A DNA stretch of 64,000 nucleotides, taken from positions 682,001-746,000 of the forward strand of contig CM038999.1 of assembly GCA_017499595.2 (NCBI GenBank), read 5' to 3'. The notes under the pieces were generated by a model. It was not told the DNA's origin and made no database searches. It saw only the letters and a program-made list of their open reading frames with translations. Source of the stretch: Psilocybe cubensis. Taxonomy: Eukaryota. The position numbers and the translations under genes were made by a program. Below are positions 1 to 13,858 of the stretch, one piece after another. How positions within the stretch are numbered: position 1 is the stretch's first letter; each line of letters opens with the position of its first letter.

Positions 1-2347
1 TTGAAACCACCTCTTGCGCGGAATACCCAGGGACAACAGTATCTGTATGCACGATCTGAACCGGCAAAGATACTTTATCAACGTCAGGATACATGACCGG
101 GGGATTGTCCTGGACAGCCACTGGTAGCGCATGCGAAACCGAAACCGAGATCGAAACCGACGTAGGTGCTGCTTGACCCTCCTTCTCCTGGCTCCCCGTA
201 CCAGTACCAGTACTATTGGTCGCACCAGCAGGACCCAACACCTTCCCAATGACCTCGGGCCACCTGCGTTTATTCAACCCATGTAGAATGGCGCTCTGCC
301 CAATGACCCTCCGCATCGCTGCATCGATCTCCTTCACCAGTTCTTCCAAACTCTCGAACCGTTCCCCGATCTCGTCGCGCAGCATCTCGATCGCTTGAGC
401 ATCAAGAAGAGCGACGACGCGCGTGAGTCCGACGGCGCACGTCTCAACGCGGTGTCGGTAGTCCACATCGTTCAGAGCGAGTGGGCCGGCGTAGGGGCGG
501 AGCCAGGCGTGGAATTGCGCAAAGATGTCGAAGGTGAGGTGCATGAGTGGGCTGTGGATACCAGGGTGGCGCGCATAGACGTCCCGCAGGAAGGCCCAGA
601 TGTCGGAGCCTTGTTCTTTGGTGATGGCGTCGTTTTGGACGACGAGTTTGAAGCTATGGAGGAATTGGTACACCGTTTCTGATGATTAAAAAGACAAAAA
701 AAGATAATAGTATGCTCATTAAATACTTCATCTGCGATATCGAACCAAGGGAGAGAAAACGCACCATCGGAAAGTTCGTCCAGGTCCTCATCGCATTGGC
801 GTAGTGCTAGCCGTGGGACACATCGCGAGTTCGAATTCATAAGCCTGATCATACATTCCAGATACGAATTATGCAAGCTAGGATGTATATGCCTGTGCAA
901 CCATAAAAACACCATATAAATATGCTCCTCGACCTGCAGATCCTCGATCGGCGAGTTAGCATATAGCGCGGGTTCGTCAGTAGGCAAGAGCAGCTGGGGT
1001 AGATACGCGACTTCAGGATCGAGCGCACCAACAAGCTGCGCCGCCTGCGTGCTATTCAAATCGTACAGACAGTGGTAGATATAATACACCGTGTCGATGT
1101 CCTCGGAGAATGTCTGGTCGATCCACATGAGCCCACGCACGATATCATCACCGTCCTGGTAACCGGATGGCTCGCCTGTTTCGGGGTCGAGGTATGTCGC
1201 GTCGCGCATGAGCCGCCAGCGTACGTCGTAGTCGCACCAGTTCTTGTCGAGGTCGGCACGCACAAGTCGGTTGAAGTGTGAGAGCCCGCTGGCGGACGCG
1301 GTGTCAGCGGTCACGTCAAACCCAGCATCGTCCTCGATGTCGCTCAGTACCTGCTTACGCATGCACAGCGCAAACCGGGCACTCCATTCGAGCATGAGTT
1401 TGTGGGCGCGGGCGAGGTGGATGGTCAGTCGATAGAACGCCCAGGCTTGCGGAGACTTGTATGGGCACTGGCCGACCTTGAGGAACGGGTCTTTGGTGAA
1501 GTGGCTCTGAAGTGCCGGGAGAACGGTGGTGAGTACGAGGAGAAGGAGCACCAGAAAGACGACGACACTGATCCATATCGCGACGGTATGATTGTGGGCC
1601 CAGAGCAACTCGAGCATCCCCGCGAAGAAGAGTACCAGAGCGAGTTGCAGTAGGAGCGGCAGGAGCGAGAGGATTAGGGGTACTTTCCAGATGTGCAGCC
1701 CCTCGTAGCGCATTTGACGTATCGCAATTGCATCCTTGTGCGAGCGTGCCGCATCTCTGCCAAATTCGCGTAGCCATTGCATACACAGTATTCCAATCAG
1801 CACTGTGGCCATGCTCAAGGTCAGGCTTAGGAACCACAAAACGTTGATACGGACTTCGGATGCAGATACGGAAAACTCATCCACTATATACGGCGGTGTG
1901 GTTGAATTGTTTTGCAAGTCTTTAAGTTGCATTGACATGTGGGCGAGAATCTGGATGGCCTGGTCATCAGGTTCTTCGACGAGCCACCGGTAGGACTCTA
2001 TCGTGAAGGAAGTTACAGTTGCCGAAAAAAGACCAGCCTATTAACAGAGAAGAGGGTAAATAGTAAATACTAGGCAGATACATGTATTCAACAAGAGATA
2101 GACGAACAAAAATCAGAAGATTATCGACCTCTCCTTTCCAGGCTTTGAATGTATCTTCGTCATACTTCTGAACGAGATCATGGCATTCTTCCCAATGTTT
2201 ATTCGGCTTAGGGTTGGGGACTGGAAATTTCCACGAGTCACCACAACGCCACGGTCGGAATTCGCTCTATGTTTTGTAAATTCACAAATTAGTCAAGTCG
2301 GCACGCTACACACAGTCATGAACGCATTTTGTACGTACATGTTGCAT
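1..2347 (-). CDS. DUF6535-family fungal membrane protein, multi-exon, 3' end runs off the window
   Basis: Spliced reading MQH|SEFRPWRCGDSW..WEECHDLVQKYDEDTFKAWKGEVDNLLIF|AGLFSATVTSFTIESY..RINVLWFLSLTLS..LCMQWLREF..LLQLALVLFFAG matches the typical DUF6535 motif series; GT-AG introns near 2338-2267, 2108-2038 and ~770-680. Confidence 0.8.
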
Positions 2348-2445
2348 GGCCGTCTTTGCAGAAGAGGCCGAAGGAAGGTTGTTGCATGCGGGGTAGAAAC
2401 AAAAAGTTACTAGGGGGCCCAAAAAATCAACGTGTTCTGCTTTAT

Positions 2446-2674
2446 CACTGCCGGCGACGACTACTGTAAGTTAAACAAACAGCCATTGTTTTACATGTTT
2501 TATGTATGTTCAGCTGTAAGTTCGACATACATCATGACTTACACTCAAATAATTTCCATAAAAGGCGATTATTTGAGTGTAAGTAGACTGTATGTTGAAC
2601 TTACAGCTGAACTTACATAAAACATGTAAAACAATGGCTGTTTGTTCAACTTACAGCAGTCATCGCCCGCAGTG
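2446..2674. mobile_element. 229-bp foldback MITE with CACTG..CAGTG termini and 3-bp TSD (TAT), CACTA/CMC-like
   Basis: Arms 2446-2553 and 2568-2674 are near-perfect reverse complements around a 14-nt loop; TAT at 2443-2445 and 2675-2677. Confidence 0.85.
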
Positions 2675-3498
2675 TATATACTTGGTGATTCCTCGCTTAT
2701 CCCGATCGATTATTCGTTGTTTGATGGAGCGTTGAAGCAGTTACCCAAACAGGTAGTTGTAAGTGATGTAGCCCACTGCCGATAGATGGGGCAGTGCTTT
2801 TCCATGCGTTCCGACTGCCACCAGCGTGTAAAAAAAAGAGATAGACGCGCTTGGCGCTGAATGTGAGTCATATTTTCTGAGCGCCCGTCAGCTGCGACTG
2901 AGGCAACTTGCCCGACAAGACCCCATTGTGAAGGTCAGGCAAAACTCTGAACGGATTTCCTCGGCCGGTTTGGTTGAGAAAGAAGAATACGCGTCGAGCT
3001 GGCAGGATATAGCTACGAGAACTCGGTCATTATCTTCCGTATTCGAAGTATAGCCGTGTCAGAATTCATTGACTTCACATCGCTCATGGGCCTATTTGTA
3101 TTGCATTGTCTGGTGAAGACTGACTTGGTGCTAAGTGTGAAGCTGTGACAAAGTGGTATATAATGATGAACTCACAATAGGGCTTTCATTATCACTACAC
3201 CTTAATCACTCATAAGTTCGGTACTTCTCGTTGTGAACGCGAGTATCCGCACAATGCAGTGGTAGTTCAAGACGAAGACTGGGAGAATATAAAGAACCAT
3301 TAATAACGCACAGCTTACCAAATTAACTATTTTATTTGCAGCGTTAAGTATCGGATAAGACCTTGCTACGCCCACGTGGTAGTCGTGGGAATGCACTTTA
3401 TTTTTCTGAGGCTGTTTCAAGGTCCATCGACAGTGAGGATCCCCTAGATCCCCCACTAAAACTTTGAACCTCCCCTCGATCCCCACACATCCTCCACA

Positions 3499-6107
3499 AT
3501 GTCGACGAGCGGTCTCAAAGCAATTTCGCCGGTCCCAACGGCAACCGACTTCCTGGACATCGTGCTGTCCAAAACACAGCGCAAGACACCGACTGTGCGT
3601 ACCAGAAAATGCATTTTTTTATCTACGTTCGCATTCGAAGCGGAAGACATGGAATTGTGTTGCTCAATACGGGAATGCTGGTTTATATTATAGGTTATCC
3701 ACAAAAACTTTAAAATCAGTCGGATAAGGAACTTTTACATGCGCAAAGTCAAGTTTGCGCAAGATATATTCGACGAGAAACTCGGTGCCATCCTGACTGA
3801 ATTCCCTATGCTTGACGTGAGTTTCATGTTAATATTTTGAATATATTCCTTGCTGATTGGACAATGGTGGTATATAGGACCTTCACCCGTTCTTATCTTC
3901 ATTGATGAACGTGCTTTACGACAAAAACCATTACAAACTTGCCTTGGGTCAACTACGGACGGCTCGCCATTTAATCGACCATGTCGCAAAAGACTACGTC
4001 CGCCTGCTCAAATTTGGAGACAGTCTGTATCGGTGTAAACAGCTCAAGAAAGCTGCTCTCGGTCGGTGCGTAATCGATTCATGAATCGCAATCCTCCTTC
4101 AACTCAAAAAAATTCATTTTCAATTAATGTTATATACAGTATGGCAACAATCATGCGACGCCAAAAAGACCCCCTTGCATACCTTGAGCAAGTCCGCCAA
4201 CACATCTCCCGTCTTCCCAACATCGACCCCAACACACGCACGCTCCTCATCTGCGGCTACCCCAACGTCGGCAAATCGTCCTTCATCAACAAGGTTACCC
4301 GCGCAGATGTCGATGTGCAACCGTACGCTTTCACCACCAAGTCTCTGTTTGTCGGCCATTTGGACTACAAGTACCTCCGATGGCAGGTTATTGATACCCC
4401 GGGTATCCTCGACCACCCACTCGAGGATATGAACAATATTGAGATGCAGAGTATCACCGCTATGGCGCATCTGAAGAGCTGTATTTTGTACTTTATGGAT
4501 CTCAGCGAGCAGTGCGGCTACTCTGTTGAAGCTCAGGTAAGTACCATCATATACTGCTTTTCATTTTCAATCAGCATGCCAATTGCTTTTTTCTTTTTGT
4601 TACCCTTTGTAGTGCAAATTGTTCCACTCCATTAAACCCCTGTTCTCCGGCAAACCCACCCTTCTTGTCATCAACAAAATCGACGTCAAAAGGCTCGAAG
4701 ACGTGCACCCAGACACTCGCGCCATGGTACAGGAAATCATCGACCTTCCCGATGTGCAATGCGCTCAAGTATCCTGCTACTCCGAGGAAGGCGTGATGGA
4801 AGTCAAAAACAAAGCCTGTGACGCGCTGCTCGCGCACCGCGTGGACACCAAGATGAAGGGCAGCAAGATCAACTCGGTCATCAACCGCATACACGTCTCT
4901 CAGCCTAAGCCCAGAGACGATGTCGTTAGGGCACCGTTTATACCCGATGCGGTAAAGGAGAGGAAGAAGTACGACAAGAACGATCCCGAGCGCAGGACGC
5001 TGCAACGCGATATCGAGGCAGCGAATGGCGGTCCCGGTGTGTACAACATCAACCTGAAGCGTAAGTCGGATGTTTGCCTTGTGAATTTTTTTTTACCTCC
5101 CTTCTTGTGCTCACCCTGGATTTTAACAGAGGATTATATCCTGGCCAACCCAGAATGGAAATTCGACATCATGCCCGAGATCTGGCAGGGCAAAAATATC
5201 GCCGACTTCGTCGATCCCGATATCGAAGAGAAGCTCGAGGCGCTCGAACGCGAAGAAGAGAAGCTCCAAGCCGAAGGGTTCTACGACAGCGACTCGGACA
5301 TCGTACGTTCTTTCCACCCCTCGATAAATTTCTTTATTTACTCATCATCTTTATCATCTTTCTCTAGTTCAACTCGGACGACGAGCGCGAGGCCGCCGAG
5401 GCATCCATCGCACTCAGCCACAAAATCAAATCCCAATCCATCAAAAAGTCGAAAAAGAACCAAGCCCGCTTGCCGCGCACCGCGACGCTGCGCACGCTTA
5501 CGGAGCTTACGGAGGAGATGACCAAGGCCGGACTCGACCCGAGCCGCATCCAGGAGCGCGCAGAGATGCTCGCCAAGGTGCAGGGCGCAAAGCGAAAGCG
5601 CGCGCAAGAGGACGAAGATGTGGATATGGACGACGACGAAGACGAGGATGCGGACTCGGACTCGGACAAGGCGGAGGGAGGGGAGAACTGGATGGATGTG
5701 GACGACGAGGAGGGCGCACCCAAGAAGCGTGTCAAGACAAACTCTGGAGCAGTCGTCAACAAGCGTGTGCCCAGGTCAAATCGCCAACTGGCTGGTTTGC
5801 GCGACGAGGCGGTCAGTTTCCACCCCTTTTTTGCTCATCTTTTCTTTTTCTCTGGCTAAATTTCTGTATTCTTTTTTTGCGTACAGCAATACGACAAGGC
5901 CAACGAACTCCGCAACCTTGGACAGCGGCCCCGCAATATGTTGGCCAAAGCCGGAGAAGCAGATCGTCACATCCGCATCAAAATGGTTGGTTCAAATTTT
6001 CTTTCAACTTCCTATGCAACCCTAACAATATCATCATTTTTCTCTTTTTCCAGCCCAAACATCTGTTCGCCGGGAAACGCAAAGCAGGAAAAACACAAAG
6101 AAGATAG
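3499..6107 (+). CDS. NOG1: Nucleolar GTP-binding protein 1 (60S biogenesis), multi-exon
   Basis: [16 protein letters not shown]1 [26 protein letters not shown]-terminal [24 protein letters not shown]. Confidence 0.96.
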
Positions 6108-6996
6108 ATTGGTCTCCCTCTCACTCCTTTTCTGTCTTTTGTTGTTTTTCTTTCCTTGTATTTGGCTTACATACATCTATTTTCTCGCTCCTTGCTTGCC
6201 TTATTGCCCCACTATTTGTACGACCGCATTCTCTCCAAAAAATGTACTTGCACAGTGGTCTAGTAGAAATCAATCATTTTTTGAGATTTCCTCAATGTGT
6301 CCGATATATATTCAACATCTACCTACGTGCTACTACTACTACTATTTACATACATCCGCAGGACGTCCAGCATCTATACAGCGAAAAAAGTGAAAAGCGA
6401 AGATGAATGGGAAGAAGGAAGAGAGGCAAGACAGAAAAGGGAAAAAAGACATCGAGAAACAACTGAAAAGTAACTCGCAATAAAAAGATTTGTAAGCAAG
6501 AACGAAAGGCGAAAAAAACAAAGAAATCCATCGTAGAAAAAACAGATACTCGTACACAGCGCGTCAATCGTCAGGCAAAATGGGACGAAAGCATGCTCTC
6601 TAAGGAAGCAAACCAAGTGCCCAATCGTAAATCCGGTGTGACGTGTGCGGGAAAGTGAAAAGGGGCTGGGCGAGGGCGCACACGTCCAAGGGTCGGAGTC
6701 GAGATCGTCGAGAGGTCGTTTAAATTAAGAGTCGAAAAAAGTCCAGAGAAAAGCACATCTTTGGCTCAGGCTTTGACAAAAAATATACAAATAGATAGTC
6801 GTTTCGATTTTTTTTTTCGTGATGGGTGGGTTCGTGAAATGGCAGGACGAGGCAGATGAGTGGTGGGGGGTGTCGCAGGGTCGGTTTTGGCAGGAAACAT
6901 TGAAGAGTAAGATCCAGATCCAGAGTCCAAAAATAAATAAAAAAAAGGGAGAAGAGACAAGAAGGAAAGAGTACAGGGAAAGGAAAGAAAAAAAGA

Positions 6997-9900
6997 TCAA
7001 TCCCAGTCAATCGAGATACCACCAGCAGCGGGTGCGAGGCCTATGCCCCGTTCCGCCTCTCGCTTAAGCCACTTGAGAGCCCGCTTGTCATCTTTGAGGA
7101 ATGGTGCAATCTTGTCATAACAGCGTGTGTTGTGATCCTACAAAAAAAACACAGAAAAAAAAAAAAACCAGAATGAGTTCCGAACATACATCCAAAAATT
7201 CACAGGAGGTTTAGAGAACAGGTTTGATCGACTGACCTTGATCCATTGCTTCTCTTCCTTTGTGAGCATGCTCTCCTTGACCATTCTAGTTTGAATGGGG
7301 ACACAGGTGAACCGGTCGAACCCTAGCCAAACGTCACCGTTGAATTGGCCTCGTGTCTGAGAAAATTTAAACGTTGAGTCTATCACCTGAACGCAGTAAA
7401 ATAACAAAGAGTATCTCACCTTGACTCTCGTTACGACAAGAGCCGACTCGATACGCATGCCCCATTTACCTTCGAGGTCTATAGAAGGTATTAGAAACCC
7501 AATTAAGTCAATATGATAAGCTCCGTGAGAGGGTACGTACAGAATCCAGGCTCGTTGGTGATAACATGACCAGGAACAAGAGGAACATTGCTCGCGAAGC
7601 CATGAGGGCCTTCATGTACACTCAAAAACGCACCAAATCCATGACCCGTACCATGCTGCCAAGAATAGAGAAGCCGCAGTCAGCACAACAAACAAAAGAG
7701 CAGCAGAGATAAGGCTTTGAAGACCCGGGTTGGAAAAAACTTACCATGTAGTTCATACCATCCTTCCACAGAGCCTTGCGTGCAAGAACGTCAAGTTGGC
7801 GGCCAGAAGTACCTTCCGGGAAGATGGCAGTGTCGATAGCGATCTGCGTGGCAAAGGAGGGAAGGACATGAGTTTTCAATCAAAAAAAGGAAGTCACAAA
7901 GCACGCCACGTACATGACCTTGCAGAACACGTGTATAAGCCTCGCACATCTCTGGTGTAGGCCGACCAAAGTGCATAGTGCGTGTCGTATCGCAGGTTCC
8001 ATCGTAATACTGGGCACCGGAATCACTGGGAAAGTGAAATGTCCAAGTCAGTTCTTCTAATTCACCGGGTGGAAAAGTGATTGTTCACAAGAACTTACTT
8101 GAGATACGGAAGGTCTCGTGAAATCATAGCGGCCGTCGACTTCCTCGGCGAGTAGTGTGGCAGAGCTGCATTGGGTCCACTGGCAGAGATATTCTCGTAG
8201 GCGAGACCCATGAAGTACTTGTTCTTCCGCCTAAACTCCGTCAACCGGAAACCCGCCTCGTATTCCGTGATATCGTAGCCTTGCGCTAACTTGTACTCGA
8301 GCCAGGCAAGGAATCTTACCTATCAGTGTCGATCCTTGTCAAGCCAATCACATCAAAATGAAAGAGTTAAAGGCACGCACAAATGAGACACCATCGCGAA
8401 GATAAGCACGTCTCAAGCCTTCGATCTCGGTCTCGTTCTTTACAGACATCATGACCTCGACATATGAGGGAGCGACCGTATACCGGAAATGAGTCAACAT
8501 AAGCGAAATGGCATACGAAGTCTGGGGAGCAATAAGGACCTATAGACAATAATTTTAATGTGCTTCAACAATGATAGGGTGTATGTGACACAAACCTTGC
8601 CCTCTCCCCACTCCCTTCGTCGCAAGAAAGGCCATAAATCGGTATAGCTTTTGCGTTGAACACCAATTGTGTCAAGGTAGGCAATGACGTCGTCGTGTAG
8701 TTTCTGAGGTTCCACGAACAAAAAGGCCTTGTCCAGCGTAACGAACAGATAACCATGGAATAGTGGGTTGTATGGGATATCCGAACCGCGCAAATTGAGC
8801 AAATACGCTGATGTATACTGCATTCAGAAAAATTACTGTTTATAGAAAGTAAAAGCAGCTTACCGATGCAAGCTAAGGAGGTAACAAGTGTAGCAGTGTG
8901 CATCTGCGACGGCAAAGGCTCGCTCTTGGAATAGGACGGCACAGCGGCCGGCTGTTGTCTGATCCATTCACGCAATTTCTCCAACTTGTAAACAGCGTCC
9001 TTGCCTGTAAAACCGGAGGGTTTTAAGTTAAAAAAATTTAGCTCCATGTGGCGTGGTAAACCCTTACCTGCAAAGAGTGTACTCTGGATATACACCATCT
9101 CGAGCGACTTTGTTGGCTTGTCCACCCATATCAGGTCAACTAGATTTTGAGGTGGATACACAAGTTTCGAATCTTTCCCATTAATCTTAGTGTTGATGAG
9201 CGTCGCTTTTTCATGGGAGATCATTCGAGCATCAATGCCGATTCTTGAACCCTTGACCCGACCCTGAGCGACCATAATGGGTTTGTGAACCAGAGTAAAG
9301 AAAAAGCAGGTAGGCTTGACTTACCTCGAGCCATTCTATCCAGTCAGCGGGAGAACCAGGGGCACCACACCTGATCAGAGTCCAGTTGTGGTCAATTTCT
9401 TCCTGAGCCTGAAGCCAGTATCGTGAGTCGGTAAAGAGATACGCAGAGCTCTTCGTGATGATCGCCTGCCCTGCCGATCCCGTAAAGCTGCAACGGCGAT
9501 TTATGAGCAAATCCAGATCCTCACACAAGAATAGCCATCCACTCACCCGGAAATGAACTCGCGACGTTTGTCACTAGCAGCAACATATTCTGAGCCATGA
9601 GCATCTTCGCTTGGCACGACGCTGAAAACAAAGTCAAAAACTAAATAAAGGAATAGCTTATTATTACCAAGAATAAGACGTACTAGTAATCCAAGTTGTC
9701 TTTGGCCATCAAACGACGCATTTCGTCCAGACGATCGGTCGTGTCAGGCTTCATCCGAATGGACTCGACATCATTGATCTTGCGTTCAAACGCAGATCCA
9801 ACCAGTGTAGACGTCGAGTCCTGCGGATTCAGTGTGTGTCCGGACACCAAGGGTGGGCGAGGCTTAGGAGCTGTGGATTTGCTTCCGCCGCTTCGATACG

Positions 9901-10450
9901 TTTCCTGAGATTGACCCGATGCTTTGCTATTCTGGCTGGCATAGGTCCGATGCGTTTCCTGCGTCTTTTGCGTCGAGCGACTTGCTTGCGTGGATCTCGA
10001 GTCGCGACGGACGACAGGCTGGTATAGAGGAAGATCCACCTGGGATGACGATTTCTCATTCATAGAATCCTCCCTCTCCCTCTCCTTCTCTTTGTCCTTC
10101 TTTCCGACACCCCATCCATAGCCCCACTTGGATGATGTCGTCGATTTTTTGGTGCCTGTCATGGTGTTCGATCGGTTAAGCCTCGACCGTCCTTTCTCGT
10201 CTTTGTGCAGCACCGGAAGCTCAGAGGGGAGCTCGTCGTACTTCTCGGAGTCTGAGTGAAAGGTAAGGCTGTCGGCTTGAGTGGTGTAGGTAGATGTAGG
10301 AGAAAATGAGGGATGTCTGACGACCTTCTGATCCTTCGCGGGAGGAGGCGGCAGGGGCTGGCGTGAATCAGAGCTAGACCAGGAGAGACGTCGCTTGGGC
10401 TTTTTATTCGAGAACGGGAAGCATAGCGGCGGCGGTGGTGGAGGCGCCAT
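6997..10450 (-). CDS. Xaa-Pro aminopeptidase (aminopeptidase P, M24B) with long Ser-rich N-terminal extension, multi-exon
   Basis: [80 protein letters not shown] motifs. Confidence 0.92.
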
Positions 10451-10886
10451 GGGAGTCGATAAGCAAGAAGTGAAGAGGAAATGAAATGGCCAGGGATGCT
10501 GTGAAGTAGCAACACGAGGCAAACGGCGAGCGGATAGGCTAAGTCCAAGGACCAAAACGACCCAGGAGTGACTGGTCTAGACTCGAACCCAGTCTCTATA
10601 GGTGATAGCTAGCTTACACATGTGGCCTCCGAGTATTAGTCAGTTGAAATTATGTGATGAAATTTATCTGGATATACTAGGAGGGACGGGCGCCAGCTAT
10701 TTCACCTATATAGACTGGTACGGTTTAGCCGTGAGCGAGTACATGAGAATGATTCTTGGCACTTTTTCGATAAAAATGGTAATAAAAGTCTCACGTGAGA
10801 TTTACCATGTGATACCAAGCCTGCGCGTATCGCCCGTCGCGTCCGTGTTGAATGACGCATGACTGATTGAAAGACTCTCCTCAACT

Positions 10887-13858
10887 ATGTCATACACAAC
10901 TCGCACACCTCGCAAATGTACAAACGACGAAAACAAAACACCGTTACGGCGCCCTGCTTCCACGATTGTCTTTCGCCAGCCAAAACTGACACCCAGTCAA
11001 ACCACGCCGTCAAGAGAGCCTCTCACGCCTTTCAAATCCAATTCAACACCCATTTCTTTTGTTGACGGCCTTACTCCCCAAACCAAAAAGCGAAAAGCGC
11101 AGTCGGATATACAGGAGCAGAAGGAGAGACGTAGAAAGGAGAAAGAGGTGAAGGTTCTATCACAACAACAGCAAGAAAACGAGGACATTGACCATTACCT
11201 GGGGTTACTCAATGACGGCGGGTACACCCTTCACTCCTTTATGTCCGCGCTTCTCAGAACCACACACCCAGTTCGCTCATCGCAGGTTTCACGCATGCTT
11301 GTGAACCATGGCAAATCACTCTTGGACAACATAATGGCCCGTGAGCGAGTTGTAGCCACTGACTGGGCACTGTCAACAACCCGACAGCTTGCTGCAATGG
11401 AGGCCGATGCTCTGGCTGCGGAATTCACGCCATCCCGCGGCCAGTCAATGTTTGAAACTCTTGCCCACTTTTCTCTATCGGGTTTCTTGCAGGATGCCGA
11501 ACGAATTGCACCTACTTTGTACAACCATTTCCGTGTCGTTGCCTTTCCACCCTCGTCGGAGAAGTACAAACACAAACAACATGACCTGGTGTGTTGACTT
11601 TATGTTCCAACATATGTTTGTTGCTTACAATTTACCAGATTTTGGCTACAGTTTTTTGTATGCTTGCCAAGTCTCGGAGCGAGCATGCAACCGACTTTCA
11701 GACTTCAATGTGCCTATATCTATTGGCCTGCGGCACCTCGAAGTCGCTTTTTAATGTTCTGAATCACGCTGGACTCACACTTTCGTATTCACAAGCTGTT
11801 GAAAAGCTGAAAAAGCTGAGCGACGAGTTGCTTGAGGAAACACGGACTATTGCCCACCTGGTTACATTTATGATCATTTGGGATAACATCAATTTCGCCT
11901 TCCGTGTCAGTCAACAACGCCACGATGCAAAGGATCATTTCGATAATGGTACAACTGCCACTCTTGTCCCGCTGTTTGGAGTAGAGGTTGGGTCTCTTCC
12001 AACGTCCCTCAAACCGCCGCGTGTGGTACGCCCTCAAGTCTTAGAGTTTGATGGTCTCGATTTGCTGCCAAGTTGCGAGGAGGCTTTCCGTGTGCAAAAT
12101 GGGCAACTTTGGCACATCGAGGACATTCTGTATAACGCATTTCCAGATCTACGCAGTAAATTATTCGCACACATTCTTCCTGCACCAACAGTGCATCAAA
12201 TTCCAGTGCATCAAACACGTCAGTACCCATTACCGGCAATGCATATCGATGAGTCGAGTCTGGACGGAACACTCAATGTTCTTTCTACAATCTTGCAAAC
12301 GACACTTCAAATGTCCGAGGAAGATGTCAAACGACATGGTATTATTATTTGTGCTGGAGATCAACTGAGCTTGTCGCTATTGGACAAGGTAAGCCAGTTT
12401 ATATAGTAATATTACATCTCGCTAATGTTGCACTTTGGAAGGCATCGGCTATTCGGCGTGACGACACAAACTTTCTTGACAACATTGGCCGCTTTACAGA
12501 GGGTCAGGAGGGTCTTCTTCACCTCAAATTCTCACACGCTCGTATGATTGCAAATGAATTTTGGGGAAAACCAAATGCACGATCGCCGTGGTCATTATGG
12601 AAAGTCAATACTTTGCTTGCTCGGAAACCAATCTCTGCAGGATGGAAAGTAAAGTCGCCAGCCCCTTTCCGTCCGGTTTACGAGCTTATTCTTGATTTAA
12701 CACTGCCGGCCAACATACTCGATGCTTTCCGAATTCACTGTGGCTACGAAAGCCTAGAAACCTGGATTAAGACCGGTGTTACGAGTGTTGATGATGTCCG
12801 TAGGGTTTCTCAGCTGGTTTTGGACAAAAACTGCTCCGGACGCCGTGTGCAATCACTTCGGGCCACCAAAATGCGAGATATTCCTCTCGAAAACATCATT
12901 CTTTTCAATCGTGATGCGCTTTATCTTCGCCAGCTCAAATATGCGATCAAAAAGGGTGATGTTGGTGTTGTATTAGATCTTTGCACACATTTAATGTTGG
13001 CCTTTCGTGGGACGGGGAAAACGCCAAAATACGCAGATGCATTGTTTGGCATTGTTATGCGTCTAAAAAAGATGAATTCGACACTTCGGTAAGTTGTTGT
13101 TGTGATTTTCAATATCGCCTCGCTAACTGTGTTTTTGTCAGAGACGCATGGCTCAACAACTGGCTTGCAAATCTCAGTGGCAAAGTGGATGGGTTCAAAG
13201 AAATGGATCTATTGCAGGAGCATCAAAACTTCTGGCTAAAAGTGAGTCGGTTGTCAGTCAGTCAATAGTATTCTGTGTATCATGGGCTGATTTTTGTTAT
13301 GAGATTATTTATAGTGCCAAAGGGTCAAACCGCAGTTGGCAGTGGCTTTCAATGGTCTCCGTTTGCATTTTTGCATTACGCGATGTGATGCGGCGCATGC
13401 ACAAGGAGTACTCCACTCCTTTTAATAGCATTAGCCACACCACTCCGACAACAGCAACAGACATTGCCACCTTGCGTACCCATTTGGAAGCTCAATCATT
13501 GCAAACCTATACACCAAAACGTGAAAATAATGACGACTGTGTTGAAGCGCGTGACCTTCTTCAAGCCGGCTCGGAATATGCAAACAAACCGTCAGCATAT
13601 CATAACTTCAAGTATGCAAAGATTAAGACTACGCATCGAGGGACTAAATCATCAAATTTATCAGAAGAGTCGGTATACGAAAATGCGAATGACAAAGGTG
13701 TGTTTGAGGACGGAAATGATATTGATATTGGTTCAGATCTTTGTATGAGTATAGAGGATTTGTTGATGGACAACGAAGAGTTTCCTATAGGTGCAGATGG
13801 TGATTATTATGTATCAATTGTACAGGGCATCGCAAACGAGTTAAGTATATACAACTAA
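10887..13858 (+). CDS. DUF6589-type putative DDE transposase of the Academ-like element; exons 10887-11588, 11639-12388, 12442-13088, 13142-13241, 13304-13858
   Basis: Motifs IIWDNINF, LPAMHIDESSLDG, CAGDQLS, LLHLKF, AIKKGDVG, FRGTGKTPKYA, NNWLANLSG, EMDLLQEHQN; GT-AG introns join the exons in frame. Confidence 0.8.

Noticed and set aside
3140-3330. Splice-like signals on the minus strand and an ATGATGA C-box-like word upstream of NOG1
   Set aside because: No coherent ORF, no paired D box or terminal stem; insufficient support for an ncRNA
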